Shown here in pieces: positions 49,111 to 59,844 of a stretch of 64,000 nt of DNA. The notes under the pieces were generated by a model that saw nothing but the letters and a program-made list of their open reading frames with translations, was not told where the DNA came from and made no database searches. A program made the translations under genes and the position numbers. Position 1 is the stretch's first letter. The number at the start of each line of letters is the position of its first letter. The stretch comes from an uncultured Verrucomicrobiae bacterium (GTDB lineage: Bacteria; Verrucomicrobiota; Verrucomicrobiia; Palsa-1439), in NCBI GenBank assembly GCA_963812605.1, contig CAWEWF010000005.1, positions 128,001 to 192,000 of the forward strand, in the 5' to 3' direction.

Positions 49111-49881
49111 ATGCGCAAACGCATTATCTCCATCGTCTTGGGTGTCCTCCCCATAATTCTCATGTCGCTCGGCGCCGGTACGCGCGCACGGGGCGACGAC
49201 GCGGCGGCGAAAAAAGTTCCCTGGAAGATCAGCGGGCAACTCGAAGAGGCGTGCAGTTGTAATGCGGCCTGTCCCTGCTGGTTCAACTCGTTGCCGAGCC
49301 GGATGAATTGTGGTGGCGTGCAGGTATTGTTCATCACCAAGGGCCACTACGGCAAGGTGAAGCTCGACGGACTGGCGATCAGTCATTTTGGCCAAAGTCC
49401 GGACAACCAGACGATGATGGACTCGTTCGGGAAATGGAACTTCTCGTATCTTTATATTGATGAGAAGGCCACGCCGGAGCAACGCGTGGCGTTGGAAGCG
49501 GTCGGCAAGATCGTGTTGCCGTTCGCGGCGTCCGGGAAGACGAAGATCCAGTACGTGCCGATCACGCGGGTGGCGGAGGGCAAGGACAACAAGATCGCGG
49601 TGGGCCAATACAGCACGATTGAGGGACATCTCATCGAAGGCGGCCTCGGCGGGCACCCGAAGATTGTTAACCCACCGGGTGCGGACCCCATCCACCACGA
49701 ATATCTCCAAGGCGAGACGACCAAGCTGGTGTACAACGATGCGGAGCAGAATTGGAATTGGAAGGGTTCAAATTACATGCGCGGCGAATTCACGGTGGAC
49801 AGCGAGCAGTATGAGAAATTCGCCGCCGGCCTCGCGCAGAAGATGGCAGGGATGAACAAACCGCCGGAGACTGCGAAGTAG
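49111..49881 (+). CDS. DUF1326-family metal-binding protein with signal peptide
   Basis: RBS AAGGAG; WKISG...EACSCNAACPC, C.G.....I.KGHYG.VKLDGL, YIDEKATPEQR.AL. Confidence 0.85.
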   Translation: MRKRIISIVLGVLPIILMSLGAGTRARGDDAAAKKVPWKISGQLEEACSCNAACPCWFNSLPSRMNCGGVQVLFITKGHYGKVKLDGLAISHFGQSPDNQTMMDSFGKWNFSYLYIDEKATPEQRVALEAVGKIVLPFAASGKTKIQYVPITRVAEGKDNKIAVGQYSTIEGHLIEGGLGGHPKIVNPPGADPIHHEYLQGETTKLVYNDAEQNWNWKGSNYMRGEFTVDSEQYEKFAAGLAQKMAGMNKPPETAK

Positions 49882-49895
49882 CGGGCGGCGCGTTG

Positions 49896-51227
49896 CTAGG
49901 ATGACGCTGCTTCCGGGGCGGCGGGTTGTTGCGGCGACATGATGCGCATGACGATGAGGCCGGCGACCAGGCAGATCACGCCGCCCATGGTGACCGTGAA
50001 CGAGGCGCTGGTGACTCGGGCCAGCGCGCCGGCGATGAGGCTGCCGAACGGTGCCATCCCGATGAAGGCCAGCGAATAGATGCCCATGACGCGTCCGCGG
50101 AGTTCGTCGGGCACGCGCGTTTGCACGGCGGTGTTGGCGGTCGCGAAGAAAATGATCATGAAGAAACCAGAGCCCGTCAGCGCCGCGGCCGAGAGCCAGT
50201 AGATTTGCGACAGCGCGAAGACGCAGAGCATGATGCAGAAGCCGAACAATCCGCCGTAGAACAGCTTTCGTTTGTGTGGTGAATCCCCGAGCGAAGCCAA
50301 CGCCAGGGCGCCGGCGAGCGCGCCCAGGCCGTTGGCGGCCATGAGATAGCCGTAGCCGCTCGCGCCGACGTGAAGCACGTCGCGAGCGAAGACCGGCAGC
50401 AGGACACTGTACGGCCAGCCGAAGAGGCTCACGACCGTCACCAGCGAGATCACGGCGCGCAGGATGCGGTGACTGCGCACGTAGCGGAAGGCTTCGACGG
50501 TTTCGTGCCACATCGGTTTATGTTTGGCGTGTGGCCGGGCCGCCGGCATGCGCATGGCCAGATAAGCGGCCACGACGGCGAGATACGACACGCCGTTCAA
50601 GAAAAAGCAGCCGGTCATGCCAATCACGCCGATCAAAATGCCCGCGATGGCCGGACCGAAGACGCGTGCGCCGTTGAATAGCGATGAATTGAGCGCAATG
50701 GCATTCATCAAATCTTCCTTGCCGACCATTTCGACCACGAAACTCTGGCGGGTGGGGATGTCGAAGGCGTCGGTGATTCCTTCCAGCAGCGCCAGAAGGG
50801 CGATTTGCCAAATCCGGATGACGCCAAAGTAGACCAGCGCCGCGAGCACAAACGCGAGTACCATGGCGGTGGTTTCAGTGGCGATCACGATGCGGCGTTT
50901 CTCGATGCGGTCGGCCATCGCGCCGCCCACGAGCGTCAGGAGGGTGACGGGAATGGCGGCGGCAAAACGGACAGCGCCGAGGGTGAAGGCCGAGTTGCTG
51001 AGCTGGTACACGAGCCAGCCCACCGCGACTTGTTGCATCCAGGTGCCGATGACGGAAACCAGTTGGCCGCCAAAAAAGAGGCGATAGTTGCGATGGCGAA
51101 ACGCGGCAAAGGTTTTGCGCCAACTGATTCCGCCCGTGACGACGCGCCACGACAGCGGGACGGTGTCGGTGGGCACAGTCGCAATCGTCGGTTCGGCGCG
51201 TTCCGGTGTTGGCGTCGGCTCACTCAC
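49896..51227 (-). CDS. MFS transporter (MFS_3/DHA3-like)
   Basis: AFRHRNYRLFF.GQLVS.IGTWMQ.VA.GW, FDIPTRQS, NAIALNS, RGRVMG. Confidence 0.92.
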   Translation of the reverse strand: MSEPTPTPERAEPTIATVPTDTVPLSWRVVTGGISWRKTFAAFRHRNYRLFFGGQLVSVIGTWMQQVAVGWLVYQLSNSAFTLGAVRFAAAIPVTLLTLVGGAMADRIEKRRIVIATETTAMVLAFVLAALVYFGVIRIWQIALLALLEGITDAFDIPTRQSFVVEMVGKEDLMNAIALNSSLFNGARVFGPAIAGILIGVIGMTGCFFLNGVSYLAVVAAYLAMRMPAARPHAKHKPMWHETVEAFRYVRSHRILRAVISLVTVVSLFGWPYSVLLPVFARDVLHVGASGYGYLMAANGLGALAGALALASLGDSPHKRKLFYGGLFGFCIMLCVFALSQIYWLSAAALTGSGFFMIIFFATANTAVQTRVPDELRGRVMGIYSLAFIGMAPFGSLIAGALARVTSASFTVTMGGVICLVAGLIVMRIMSPQQPAAPEAASS

Positions 51228-51298
51228 GATGCAAAGTTTCAGGGAATTAGCTGGAAACCGCCACAGAAATCAATGGGGGATTCGGGCGGTAGACAATG

Positions 51299-52004
51299 TT
51301 ACGTGACGCTGTCGCGATCGGGTTTGCGTGGTTCGACATCCTCGAATACGAGTAACTTCACGCGAGTCAGCCCAACAGCCCAACGCATGAGAACAAAAAA
51401 CAGCGCGCTGGAAATGCCAAGTGCAACGGGACCGTCACGCCACATCATCTGGACGTAACTCCTGGTGAACTTGGCCTCGTATTCTTCGGATGAAACGTCA
51501 TTGGTGCCATGATAGACGAAACCGCCTCCCTTGATGTCGTTTGAATTGTCCGGTTCCCGGTGGCATCATCTCCCCTCCCAAGTTGAGCACAACCATATAG
51601 ACCCAACCGAGAACCAAGCCCGCGAATAGTCCCTTGCCGAGACGCGCACCGAGGCCCATCAACCAATGGCTGCGGTTGGAGCCAACCACTACGGCAAGCG
51701 CGCAGCCGAGTAGGCATGGAAAACCGACCATGATCGCCAGAAAGTTTCGGCTGGCACAAAGCCACATGTAGAAGAATCCAATGACGATGCCGACCGCCGC
51801 TCCAAAGGCTGCTCGGCGCCACGACCGCTGAAGCCAGCCAAGCCAAAGGCCAACGACCGGCGTGTATATGAAGCCAAGCCGGTTCGCCAAAAGAATGTCG
51901 TGGTCTCCCGAACTCGCAACTTGTTTCGGCACGAGCCACTCGGCGAAAAGGTAGCAAACCACCCCAGCGAATAGACCACATAGGAAGGCCAGACCCGCAT
52001 TCAT
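51299..52004 (-). CDS. Hypothetical multi-pass membrane protein (1 frameshift ~51540)
   Basis: Several TM helices; a second frame continues ...YVQMMWRDGPVALGISSALFFVLMRWAVGL to TAA at 51299. Confidence 0.6.
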
Positions 52005-52041
52005 TTTGCGATTGGATAAGGCGGGGCCCATGTCAGATGTC

Positions 52042-52209
52042 CTAACGCCCGCGACCGAGCAGAAAAAAAAGAACCATGCCAAGGAGGGGAAGACAAAGGA
52101 TTACGAGAATCCAGAGGAGCCTTTTGACTGGATCCGCGTTGCTTTTGAGGCAATCCACGATTGCGATGATGTCCAGCACCAGAACAACCAGACCAAATAG
52201 TCCTACCAT
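52042..52209 (-). CDS. Small PLDc_N-domain membrane protein (55 aa, not in ORF track)
   Basis: RBS AAGGAG; MVGLFGLVVLVLDIIAIVDCLKSNADPVKRLLWILVILCLPLLGMVLFFLLGRGR*. Confidence 0.8.
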   Translation of the reverse strand: MVGLFGLVVLVLDIIAIVDCLKSNADPVKRLLWILVILCLPLLGMVLFFLLGRGR

Positions 52210-52302
52210 GGGGGATCTCCTTCATCGGCAGCCTAACAGGCTGCCGGGGTGATGGCAAGTCTGCGAAACATCCACGAGTTCGGGCAATTCCTAGAATACT
52301 GG

Positions 52303-52362
52303 TTGACAAGCCGGGAAGATGTTATATAGTCAAACCTAAGAAAGTTAGGCTTGGCTAAGTTT
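52303..52362 (+). promoter_or_regulatory. Sigma70 promoter of mntH with two DtxR/MntR-type operators
   Basis: TTGACA (52303) N16 TATAGT; boxes ATAG-tcaaac-CTAA (52326-39) and TTAG-gcttgg-CTAA (52345-58). Confidence 0.75.
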
Positions 52363-52382
52363 ATTGGTTGGCAAAAAGTGAA

Positions 52383-53839
52383 ATGATGAAGAAAACGGAT
52401 TGGCAACCCAGTGGCAATGCGACCGCCGACACGCCGGTGTCCGCGAAGGGTGGGGACGGCGGCGCGTCGCCCGGCGGCCACCGGTCACTGGAGGGAATGC
52501 ACGGCACGGTCGATGTCCCGCATCATGAAGCCAGCTTCTGGAGGCAATGGCGCGTCTATGTCGGGCCGGCGCTGTTGATCAGCATCGGTTACATGGACCC
52601 CGGCAACTGGGGCACCGACCTTTCGGGCGGCGCTTCGTTCAAATACGACCTGCTCTGGGTGGTCGCCCTGGCCAGTCTGATGGCCATCTTCCTTCAAGTC
52701 ATCTCTGCCCGGCTCGGGGTCGTCACCGGCAAGGACCTGGCCCAGTGCTGCCGCGACTGGTATCCCAAGTGGACGCGCTGGCCCAACTGGCTGCTCTGCG
52801 AACTGGCGATCGGGGCCTGCGATCTGGCCGAAGTGCTGGGCAGCGCCGTAGCGATTAATTTGCTCACCCACAACCACATTCCCATTTTCTGGGCGGTGGT
52901 CATCACCGCCGGAGACGTGCTGCTGCTGCTGGCGCTTCAACGATACGGCATGCGGACAATCGAGGCCGTGGTGCTGGTGCTGATCTCGACGATTGCGGTC
53001 TGCTACTTCATCGAAATTTTCGTCATCCCGCAGACGCAGCCAAGCTTCCTGGAGATGGGGCGGGCTCTCTTACCCCCGGCTTCCGGCGGGTGGGGATGCT
53101 GTACGTGGCGATCGGGATTATTGGAGCGACCGTGATGCCGCATAATCTCTATCTGCATTCCGCGCTCGTTCAGAGTCGTAACTTTCAGAAGGATGAGCCG
53201 TCCATTCGGCGGGCCATTCAGTTCAACACGATCGACACGTCCGTCGCGCTGGTGATCGCCTTCTTCGTGAACGCGGCCATCCTCGTGCTCGCGGCCATGG
53301 TGTTCTACGGAAAAACCAGCATTACCGTAGCGGGCGGGCAGGTCGTCCCATTCAACGACGATACCGACTGGATCCGGGTCGCCTATTTAACGCTCGCGCC
53401 GCTGCTGGGCGTTGCCGCCGCCAGCCCGCTGTTCGCGATCGCGCTGCTGGCCAGCGGCCAGGCCAGCACGATCACCGGCACGCTGGCCGGCCAGGTCGTG
53501 ATGGAAGGCTTCATGCATTGGAGGCTCTCGCCATGGGTCCGGCGAATCATCACTCGATTACTGGCAATTATTCCCGCGATCCTGATCATCGGCATCCGGG
53601 GCGATAGCAGTGTCAACGACCTGTTGAACCTGAGCCAGGTGGTGCTGGCCTTGCAGCTTCCTCTGGCCATGTTCCCGCTGCTACATTTCACCAGTTCCCG
53701 CGTGCGGATGGGGGAGTGGAAGAACGGCTGGTTTCTGATGATCGCGGGTTGGGGGAGCGCGCTATTGATCACCGCGTTGGACATTTACGGTTTGCCGGAT
53801 GCCTTGAAGCAGGCCTGGGCAGTCATTGTCGGCCATTGA
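52383..53839 (+). CDS. mntH: Nramp-family Mn2+/H+ symporter (1 frameshift ~53080)
   Basis: GYMDPGNW, ACDLAEVLGSA, GATVMPHNLYLHS, STITGTLAGQVVMEGF, SQVVL. Confidence 0.95.
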
Positions 53840-53856
53840 AGGAAGGAACGATTGCC

Positions 53857-54274
53857 ATGTACAACAAGATTCTGATGACGCTGGATGCCACGCCGACGGA
53901 TCGGGCGATCATCGAGCACGTGAAGGATTTGGCGACGGCGATGCACAGTCGCGTCGCGCTGTTGCATGTGGCCGATGGTTGGGCGGCGCGGACGTATGGC
54001 GCGGATGCGGTCAGTCCGGAAATCACGGAGGACAAAGCGTATCTGGAGAAGGTTCGTGCCGAATTCCAAACTGCGGGCATTCCCACCGAGGCCGAGCTGG
54101 CCTACGGCGAACCGGCTGACGAAATCATCAAGTGGGTAGAGAAACAAAGGTTGCGATCTGGTGGCGATGAGCACGCACGGACACCGATTCATCGCCGACT
54201 TGTTCTTGGGATCCACGTCCCGCCACGTCCGGCACACCGTCAAAGTGCCGGTCCTGCTTCTGCGGGCGAAATGA
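53857..54274 (+). CDS. Universal stress protein (1 frameshift)
   Basis: MYNKILMTLD, LLHV, GEPADEII; second frame DLVAMSTHGHR..DLFLGS....VRH...VPVLL. Confidence 0.88.
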
Positions 54275-54309
54275 CCCTGCGCCCAATGCAAAATCTCGCG
54301 CGTCACCTG

Positions 54310-54780
54310 CTACCCGCCCGGCTTGTGAGGAGCGCCTCTTTTAATGTGTGTAACGAATGCAGCGAGGGTTTCCTTGCTGACGTGGTGCTCGATGCCTTCG
54401 GCGTCGGAGTGGGCGACGGTGTCTGGGACGCCGAGCGATTTGAGAAATTCGACGACGATCTCGTGGCGGCGGCGTGATTCCTCGGAAAGCTTGCGGCCGG
54501 CATCCGTGAGGAAAATGGAGCGATAGGGCAGGGAGGTGACCAGTCCCTCGCGCTGGAGGCGCTGGATGGTGCGGCTGACAGTGACGTGGGTGACGCCGAG
54601 CCACCGGGCAAGATCGATCACCCGCGCTTCGCCGGTGGTGGCAATGAGTTCGGCAATCGTCTCGACGTAATCCTGGGCGGTCTCCTGCGAATGTTCTTCC
54701 CGCGTGCGTTTGCGGTTTCCCGTCAGCGAAACGGAGCGGGTCTTGGACGATTTGGCGGACGGACGATTCACAAGACCCAT
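54310..54780 (-). CDS. mntR: Manganese-sensing DtxR-family repressor, E. coli MntR-like
   Basis: ETAQDYVE.IAELI...GEAR..DLA..LGV.H.TV, PYRSIFLT..G, RH.IV.EFL, DAEGIEHHVS.ETL; start uncertain. Confidence 0.9.
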   Translation of the reverse strand: MGLVNRPSAKSSKTRSVSLTGNRKRTREEHSQETAQDYVETIAELIATTGEARVIDLARWLGVTHVTVSRTIQRLQREGLVTSLPYRSIFLTDAGRKLSEESRRRHEIVVEFLKSLGVPDTVAHSDAEGIEHHVSKETLAAFVTHIKRGAPHKPGG

Positions 54781-54800
54781 TACAACAAGAAAGAATCCCA

Positions 54801-54877
54801 TTGACAACATTAGAATCAATAAGTAGCATCAGCTACATTATGAATTATCGTATTCTTAATGTAGCAGCAACTGTATT
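54801..54877 (+). promoter_or_regulatory. Sigma70 promoter of the TonB receptor with MntR-type operator(s)
   Basis: TTGACA (54801) N17 TAGCAT; GTAGC-atca-GCTAC (54823-36) covers the -10; degenerate AATGTAGC-agca-ACTGTATT (54858-77). Confidence 0.7.
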
Positions 54878-55047
54878 CCGCCGACACCACCTGGTCGATG
54901 AATGAATTGTATAAACAACCAGACGTTAGCGGGGCCGCCGCTGAATCTCACGCGCTGGCGGCTGCAATTGCGCACCTGAGCACGACCAAGCCAAAAGGAA
55001 TTCCATCGCAACCCATGCCAGCGACTATCACAACACACAACTACGAA

Positions 55048-57377
55048 ATGACCCTACGCCCCTTGTTAAAGGCGATTCATTCCCCTCAATTCTTCCGGTT
55101 TAGACGCGCCTCATGTTCCGGCTCGGTGGCGGGTTTACTGGCCTTCGGGACCGTCGTTGCCGGTCAGACGACCAACCTTCCGCTAGTGTCCGCTCCGACC
55201 AACGCCCCGCCCGAAATCTCGTCTCCATCCATAATCGCAACGAATCAGGCGCCTGCGGAACAGACCACCACCGGAGGGACGACGAATTCGCCCGTGAAGC
55301 TTGGTACCGTGGTCGTCACGGGTCATTTGGACGCGGCCCGCGAGCAGATAGCGCCGAGCCTCGGTGCGGTCACATATAACATTGGCATCGCCCAGATTCA
55401 GTCAATGGGTCAGGGTGAAAATGCCACTTTTCAGCAGGTATTATTGCAGGCACCGGGCGTGGTGCAGGAGGAATTCGGGGGGATCCATGTCCGTGGCGAT
55501 CACGGGGACGTGCAATACCGCATCAATGGGGTTTTGCTTCCAGAGAGCCTCAATGGGTTTGGGCAGGAAATTGACACTCGGTTGATTCAATCGGTCACGC
55601 TGATCACGGAACCATGCCGGCGCAGTTTGGCGACCGCACGGCCGGGATCATTGACGTCACAACCAAGACAGGTTCTCAACTCAACGGCGGTGAGCTTTCG
55701 ATGTATGGCGGCAGTTACGATACCATCCATCCGTCCGGGTCAGTTGGCGGCACCACGAGCAACCTGGATTATTTCATCACCGCCTCCTATTTGCACAATG
55801 ATGTCGGCATTGATAACACCACGCCCAGCGGTGATCCGTTGCATGACGAGACCGATCAGGAAAAACTCTTTGGCTATTTCTCCCATCCCATCGGCGACAC
55901 TCAGCCGGCTGACATTGCTGCTCAGCGGTTCGTACGCCGATTTCCAGCTTCGCGATACGGCGGGACGGGAGCCGATCTATCAGTTGACGAACGGCCCGCC
56001 GCCGGATTCGTCCACCATCAATGATAATCAGAACGAACAAAACTATTACGCCGTGCTCTCCTATCAGGTATCGGCGGGCAACCTTGCGGCGCAAGTTTCC
56101 GCCTTGACCCGCTACACGCAGATCCAGTTTTCCCCGACGTGGCGCAAGATCTTATGTTCGGTGGCAACGGCCCGCTAATAAAGAACAGTGATCTCGCCAA
56201 CGGGCTTCAGATGGACGCGTCGTACATCCTGGGGACCACCACACCATCCGCGCGGGGATGCTGGCCACGTATGACATCGAACGACTCGATACTGACTCCG
56301 CTGTCTTTCCCTCCGATTCACAATTCACGGCCAGCCCAACCACTCCTACCCTGCCCCTGCCCGGCGGCCCGGTGCCCCTGCCCGGTAACCCGCCGCAATC
56401 GTCAACGACTCCCTTCACGATAACCGCCAACGGTGGAAACAGCGGGTTGACCTCCGGCATTTACTTGCAAGACGAGTGGTTGCTGACCGAAGCGCTCACC
56501 CTGAACTACGGTGTTCGTTATGACCGCTTCGATGTCACCTTCGATCACGAAGACCAGGTCAGCCCGCGCGTCAATCTGGTCTGGAGGATTGACCCTGCCA
56601 CGGTCGCCCACATCGGCTATGCGCGTTATTTCATGCCGCCGACGTTGCAGTACGTTCCATTGTCAACCGTCAAGAAATTCGAATATACCACCGACGCTCC
56701 TTTCAATGAGGGGGACGCTCCCCCCAAAGTTGAACGCGATCATTATTTTGATGCCGGCCTCTCCCGCACGATCACCCCACCCTGGCACGTCACCGTGGAC
56801 TCTTTCTGTAAACTGGCCAGAATCTTCTCGATGATGGGCAGTTCGGAAGTGCCATCATTCTCAATAATTTTAATTATACGTCGGGCACGGTCTATGGCGC
56901 GGAGTTGGGTAGCACGTACAAGCAAGGGCCCGTTTCTGCGTATGGAAACTTTTCGTATGTCCAAACATGGGCGCAGAACATTGACTCGGTGCAAAACGAA
57001 TTCCCGAACAATGAGCTGGATTACCTGTCCAAGAATTACATCCAACTGGATCATCGGGCCGGTACACCGGTTCGGGCGGCTTCTCTTATATTTTTCTCAA
57101 AGACAACCGGCTCTATACGGATTTCCTTTATGGCAACGGCCTGCGGGCCGGGTTTGCGAATCTCGAAAAACTTCCCGCCTATACGACAGTGAATGTGGGC
57201 GTGGAACACGTGTTTCCTGTGCATTCCAGCGGCATCAAAGAAATAAAACTGCGCTTTGACTGCCTCAACCTTTTCGACGAGGTGTATGAAATTCGCAATG
57301 GCACAGGCATCGGCATCGCCGCCCCAGCCTACGGAGCGCGCCGCGCATTTTACGGTGGGCTCTCGGTGGACTTTTGA
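55048..57377 (+). CDS. TonB-dependent receptor (about 6 frameshifts)
   Basis: TVVVTG TonB-box region, LLQAPGV, HVRGDH..VQYRING, PAQFG.RTAG.IDVTTK, YLQDEW, NYGVRYD, SPRVNLV, NLFDEVY, terminal Phe; start uncertain. Confidence 0.88.
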
Positions 57378-57406
57378 GAACGAAAGAAGCGCATTGGAAA
57401 CGGCTA

Positions 57407-58158
57407 TGCATCCGGAAATGGACGCGGGTTGCGCCGTGACAGTCAGGGGAACAATCCAGTTCGCCCAGCCGCCGGTAACGGCGCGCCCGATGCATCCCAT
57501 TGCCCACATCGGTTTTGAGCCGAACGATCCCACACTGCTCGCTCCCGTATTGACCTTCGTGGGCTGGGTTGTTTGTCTGGCGGTCGGACTGCTCGGATTC
57601 CTACTGCCGTACGCGCGTCCACATCAATCCGTCAACCCGACTCAATCTGTCAAAGTCCAAAGGCTCATTGTGGAATTGAGCAAAGAGCCCGTCGCTCCCA
57701 GTGAAACCGAACGTCCACCCGGACCCGGTCTTCCGTGCCCTTCCCGGCGGACGCCATGGCTCCGCCGCCGATTGCCGTTGCACAACCGTCTGCGGCCATC
57801 GCGTTCGCGGTACCTGTGGAAGGCCCGACGCGCGTTGTCCCATTCGACCAGGCCACGTATGCCAGGCCATCCCGAGGGTGCCGGCGGTGCAACGGCTCAC
57901 ATTCGGTGAGGGGGAAGGCCAACAACTCACGCCGGAATATCCCCCGCAAGCCATTCAACAACATCAGGAGGGACCGTGGTCGTTCGTCTGGTTGTCGGCG
58001 AAAGCGGCGAGGTCATTTCCGCCGAAGCCATCCAACCTTGTCTCTGGCCATTATTAAACGAATCGGCCCTGCGGGCAGTCCGGTATCAGTGGCGGTTTTC
58101 CGCCGGTGCTGTGCGTATTTACGATGTCGCCATTCGTTTTCAAATCACAACGCAGTGA
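57407..58158 (+). CDS. tonB: Energy transducer TonB (several frameshifts)
   Basis: TM helix, Pro-rich linker, PEYP..A.Q.HQEG.V.VRLVVGESGEV...LNESALRAV..QWRF. Confidence 0.8.
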
Positions 58159-58170
58159 AGAAAAAGCTTT

Positions 58171-58881
58171 ATGACACACATCATACTTGCCAATGTCGTC
58201 GTGGACTTCTTCATCAAGGGCGGGCCGGTCATGTGGCCGATTCTCCTCGCTTTCCTCGGGGCGCTGGTCGTCATCGTGGAGCGGGCGATATGGTGGAACG
58301 ATCTGCGGCGTCGCGCCAATGCCAAGGAGTTGAGCGAGGCGTTCGACGCCATCGCCGACGGCGATTTTGACCGCGCCGTGCGACTGACTGATGCCACCGA
58401 TGATCCGTTCCTGAAAGTGGTTCACGAAGGCCTGCTGCACGCCCATACGTCGATGCTTGGCGCGATGCAATTGCGCGCCAACGACGAAATCGAGAAGGCT
58501 GAAAAATACGTCTGGGTACTGGGCACGTTGATCACGCTGGCGCCGTTGTTGGGATTGCTCGGCACGGTCACAGGCATCATGCGTTCGTTTAGCTTTGTCG
58601 GCCAGGAGGAACTGGCGGCGGTGAAAGTCAGCGGCGGCATCGCCGAGGCGCTGATCGCGACGGCCTGCGGTTTGAGCACGGCGATTCTGTGCCTGCTGCC
58701 GTTCAATTTTTACAATCGCCGATTGGCGCGGTACCGGTCCCGACTCGAACAGACCATCAATCATGTCGAATTGTTGGTCGAATCCGCCAAACATCACGGG
58801 CATGATCTGGAAGCCTTTTCCGGCCGACGCGCTCGGAACCTTCAAAATCGGGTGAAATCCGTGGCTACCCCTAAACCGTAA
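58171..58881 (+). CDS. exbB: MotA/TolQ/ExbB proton channel protein
   Basis: [34 protein letters not shown]. Confidence 0.92.
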   Translation: MTHIILANVVVDFFIKGGPVMWPILLAFLGALVVIVERAIWWNDLRRRANAKELSEAFDAIADGDFDRAVRLTDATDDPFLKVVHEGLLHAHTSMLGAMQLRANDEIEKAEKYVWVLGTLITLAPLLGLLGTVTGIMRSFSFVGQEELAAVKVSGGIAEALIATACGLSTAILCLLPFNFYNRRLARYRSRLEQTINHVELLVESAKHHGHDLEAFSGRRARNLQNRVKSVATPKP

Positions 58882-58895
58882 CCGAGACCCGCGCC

Positions 58896-59328
58896 ATGCC
58901 TGTTAAACTCGGCCCCAAACAATCGTCGGAATCTGAAGCACGGATTGAGATCATCCCGTTGATTGACATTATGTTTTTTCTGCTCGCCAGTTTCATGCTG
59001 GTAAGCCTGAGCATGGTCAACTTGAAAAGCGTCAAGGTGAACCTGCCGACGGCCACCACAGCGACCCTTGAGACGAAGAACGATTTCGCGAGCATCTCGG
59101 TGGACAAAGCCGGGGCGGTGTATCTTGGACAAACAGCCCGTCGGCGCGAATGAATTGGTGTTGCGGCTGAATGCCTGGCACCACACGAATGAGAACGTTC
59201 GCGTATTCATCAGCGGCGATCAGGATGTCCGCTACGGCGCTGTCGTTCATGTCCTGGATCTGGTGCGTTCGACCGGCATCCAGAAAGTGGCCTTTGAAAT
59301 CCGTGAGCCGACGCCCGCGCAACCATGA
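58896..59328 (+). CDS. exbD: ExbD/TolR biopolymer transporter (1 frameshift)
   Basis: IEIIPLIDIMFFLLASFM, VNLP.A, ISGDQDVRYGAVVHVLD. Confidence 0.92.
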
Positions 59329-59809
59329 ACGGCCGACTGAAATATTTGAATTTGTTTGGTGTCCTGGCGCTGGCGGCATTGTGCATCGCCCAGTGGCAGC
59401 GGGATCGGCACTTGAATCTCGAGATCGGCCGCCTCGACCAGATGCGTCTGCAACAGGCCGCCAAAATCGACGAGCAAGCGAGCCTGTTGAAGGGCTTGAA
59501 TGAGGATTTGGGCCAACTCAAGACTTCGCTCGTCAATGAACAATCTCTTCGCTCGCAGGTCGAACAAAAGGTGATAGTCGCTCGAAAGCGCCAACCAACA
59601 GCTTGGCGCTGGAACGGGATCAACTCAAGGCCGCGATCACGAACTGGGCGAATGCCGTGGCGGTCCGCGACGCGCGCATGAAAGAAGCCAACGCCCGAAT
59701 CGAACAACTGGCGGCCGACTTGAACACCAGCATTCGCAAATACAATGAATTGGTTACGAATCGTAACGCGGCTGCAAAAACATCCGGCGCAACGCGCGCC
59801 CAGCCGTAA
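59325..59809 (+). CDS. Membrane-anchored coiled-coil protein (1 frameshift)
   Basis: ATGA overlap with exbD; N-terminal TM then long heptad-like helix. Confidence 0.65.
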
Positions 59810-59844
59810 ACTCAGCGGGGCTGAAGTTACCGCAGCCTGAGTTC

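Noticed and set aside
52040-52246. Integron cassette (GTTAGGC / GCCTAAC cores)
   Set aside because: Only a short 21-bp hairpin; no L boxes or attC-length structure, no integrase, no array.
52210-52383. yybP-ykoY manganese riboswitch before mntH
   Set aside because: The leader is short and occupied by operator boxes; no recognisable riboswitch motifs.
55048-59809. Programmed frameshifting or phase variation
   Set aside because: Breaks are numerous, lack consistent slippery motifs and also hit housekeeping genes elsewhere; sequencing error is more parsimonious.
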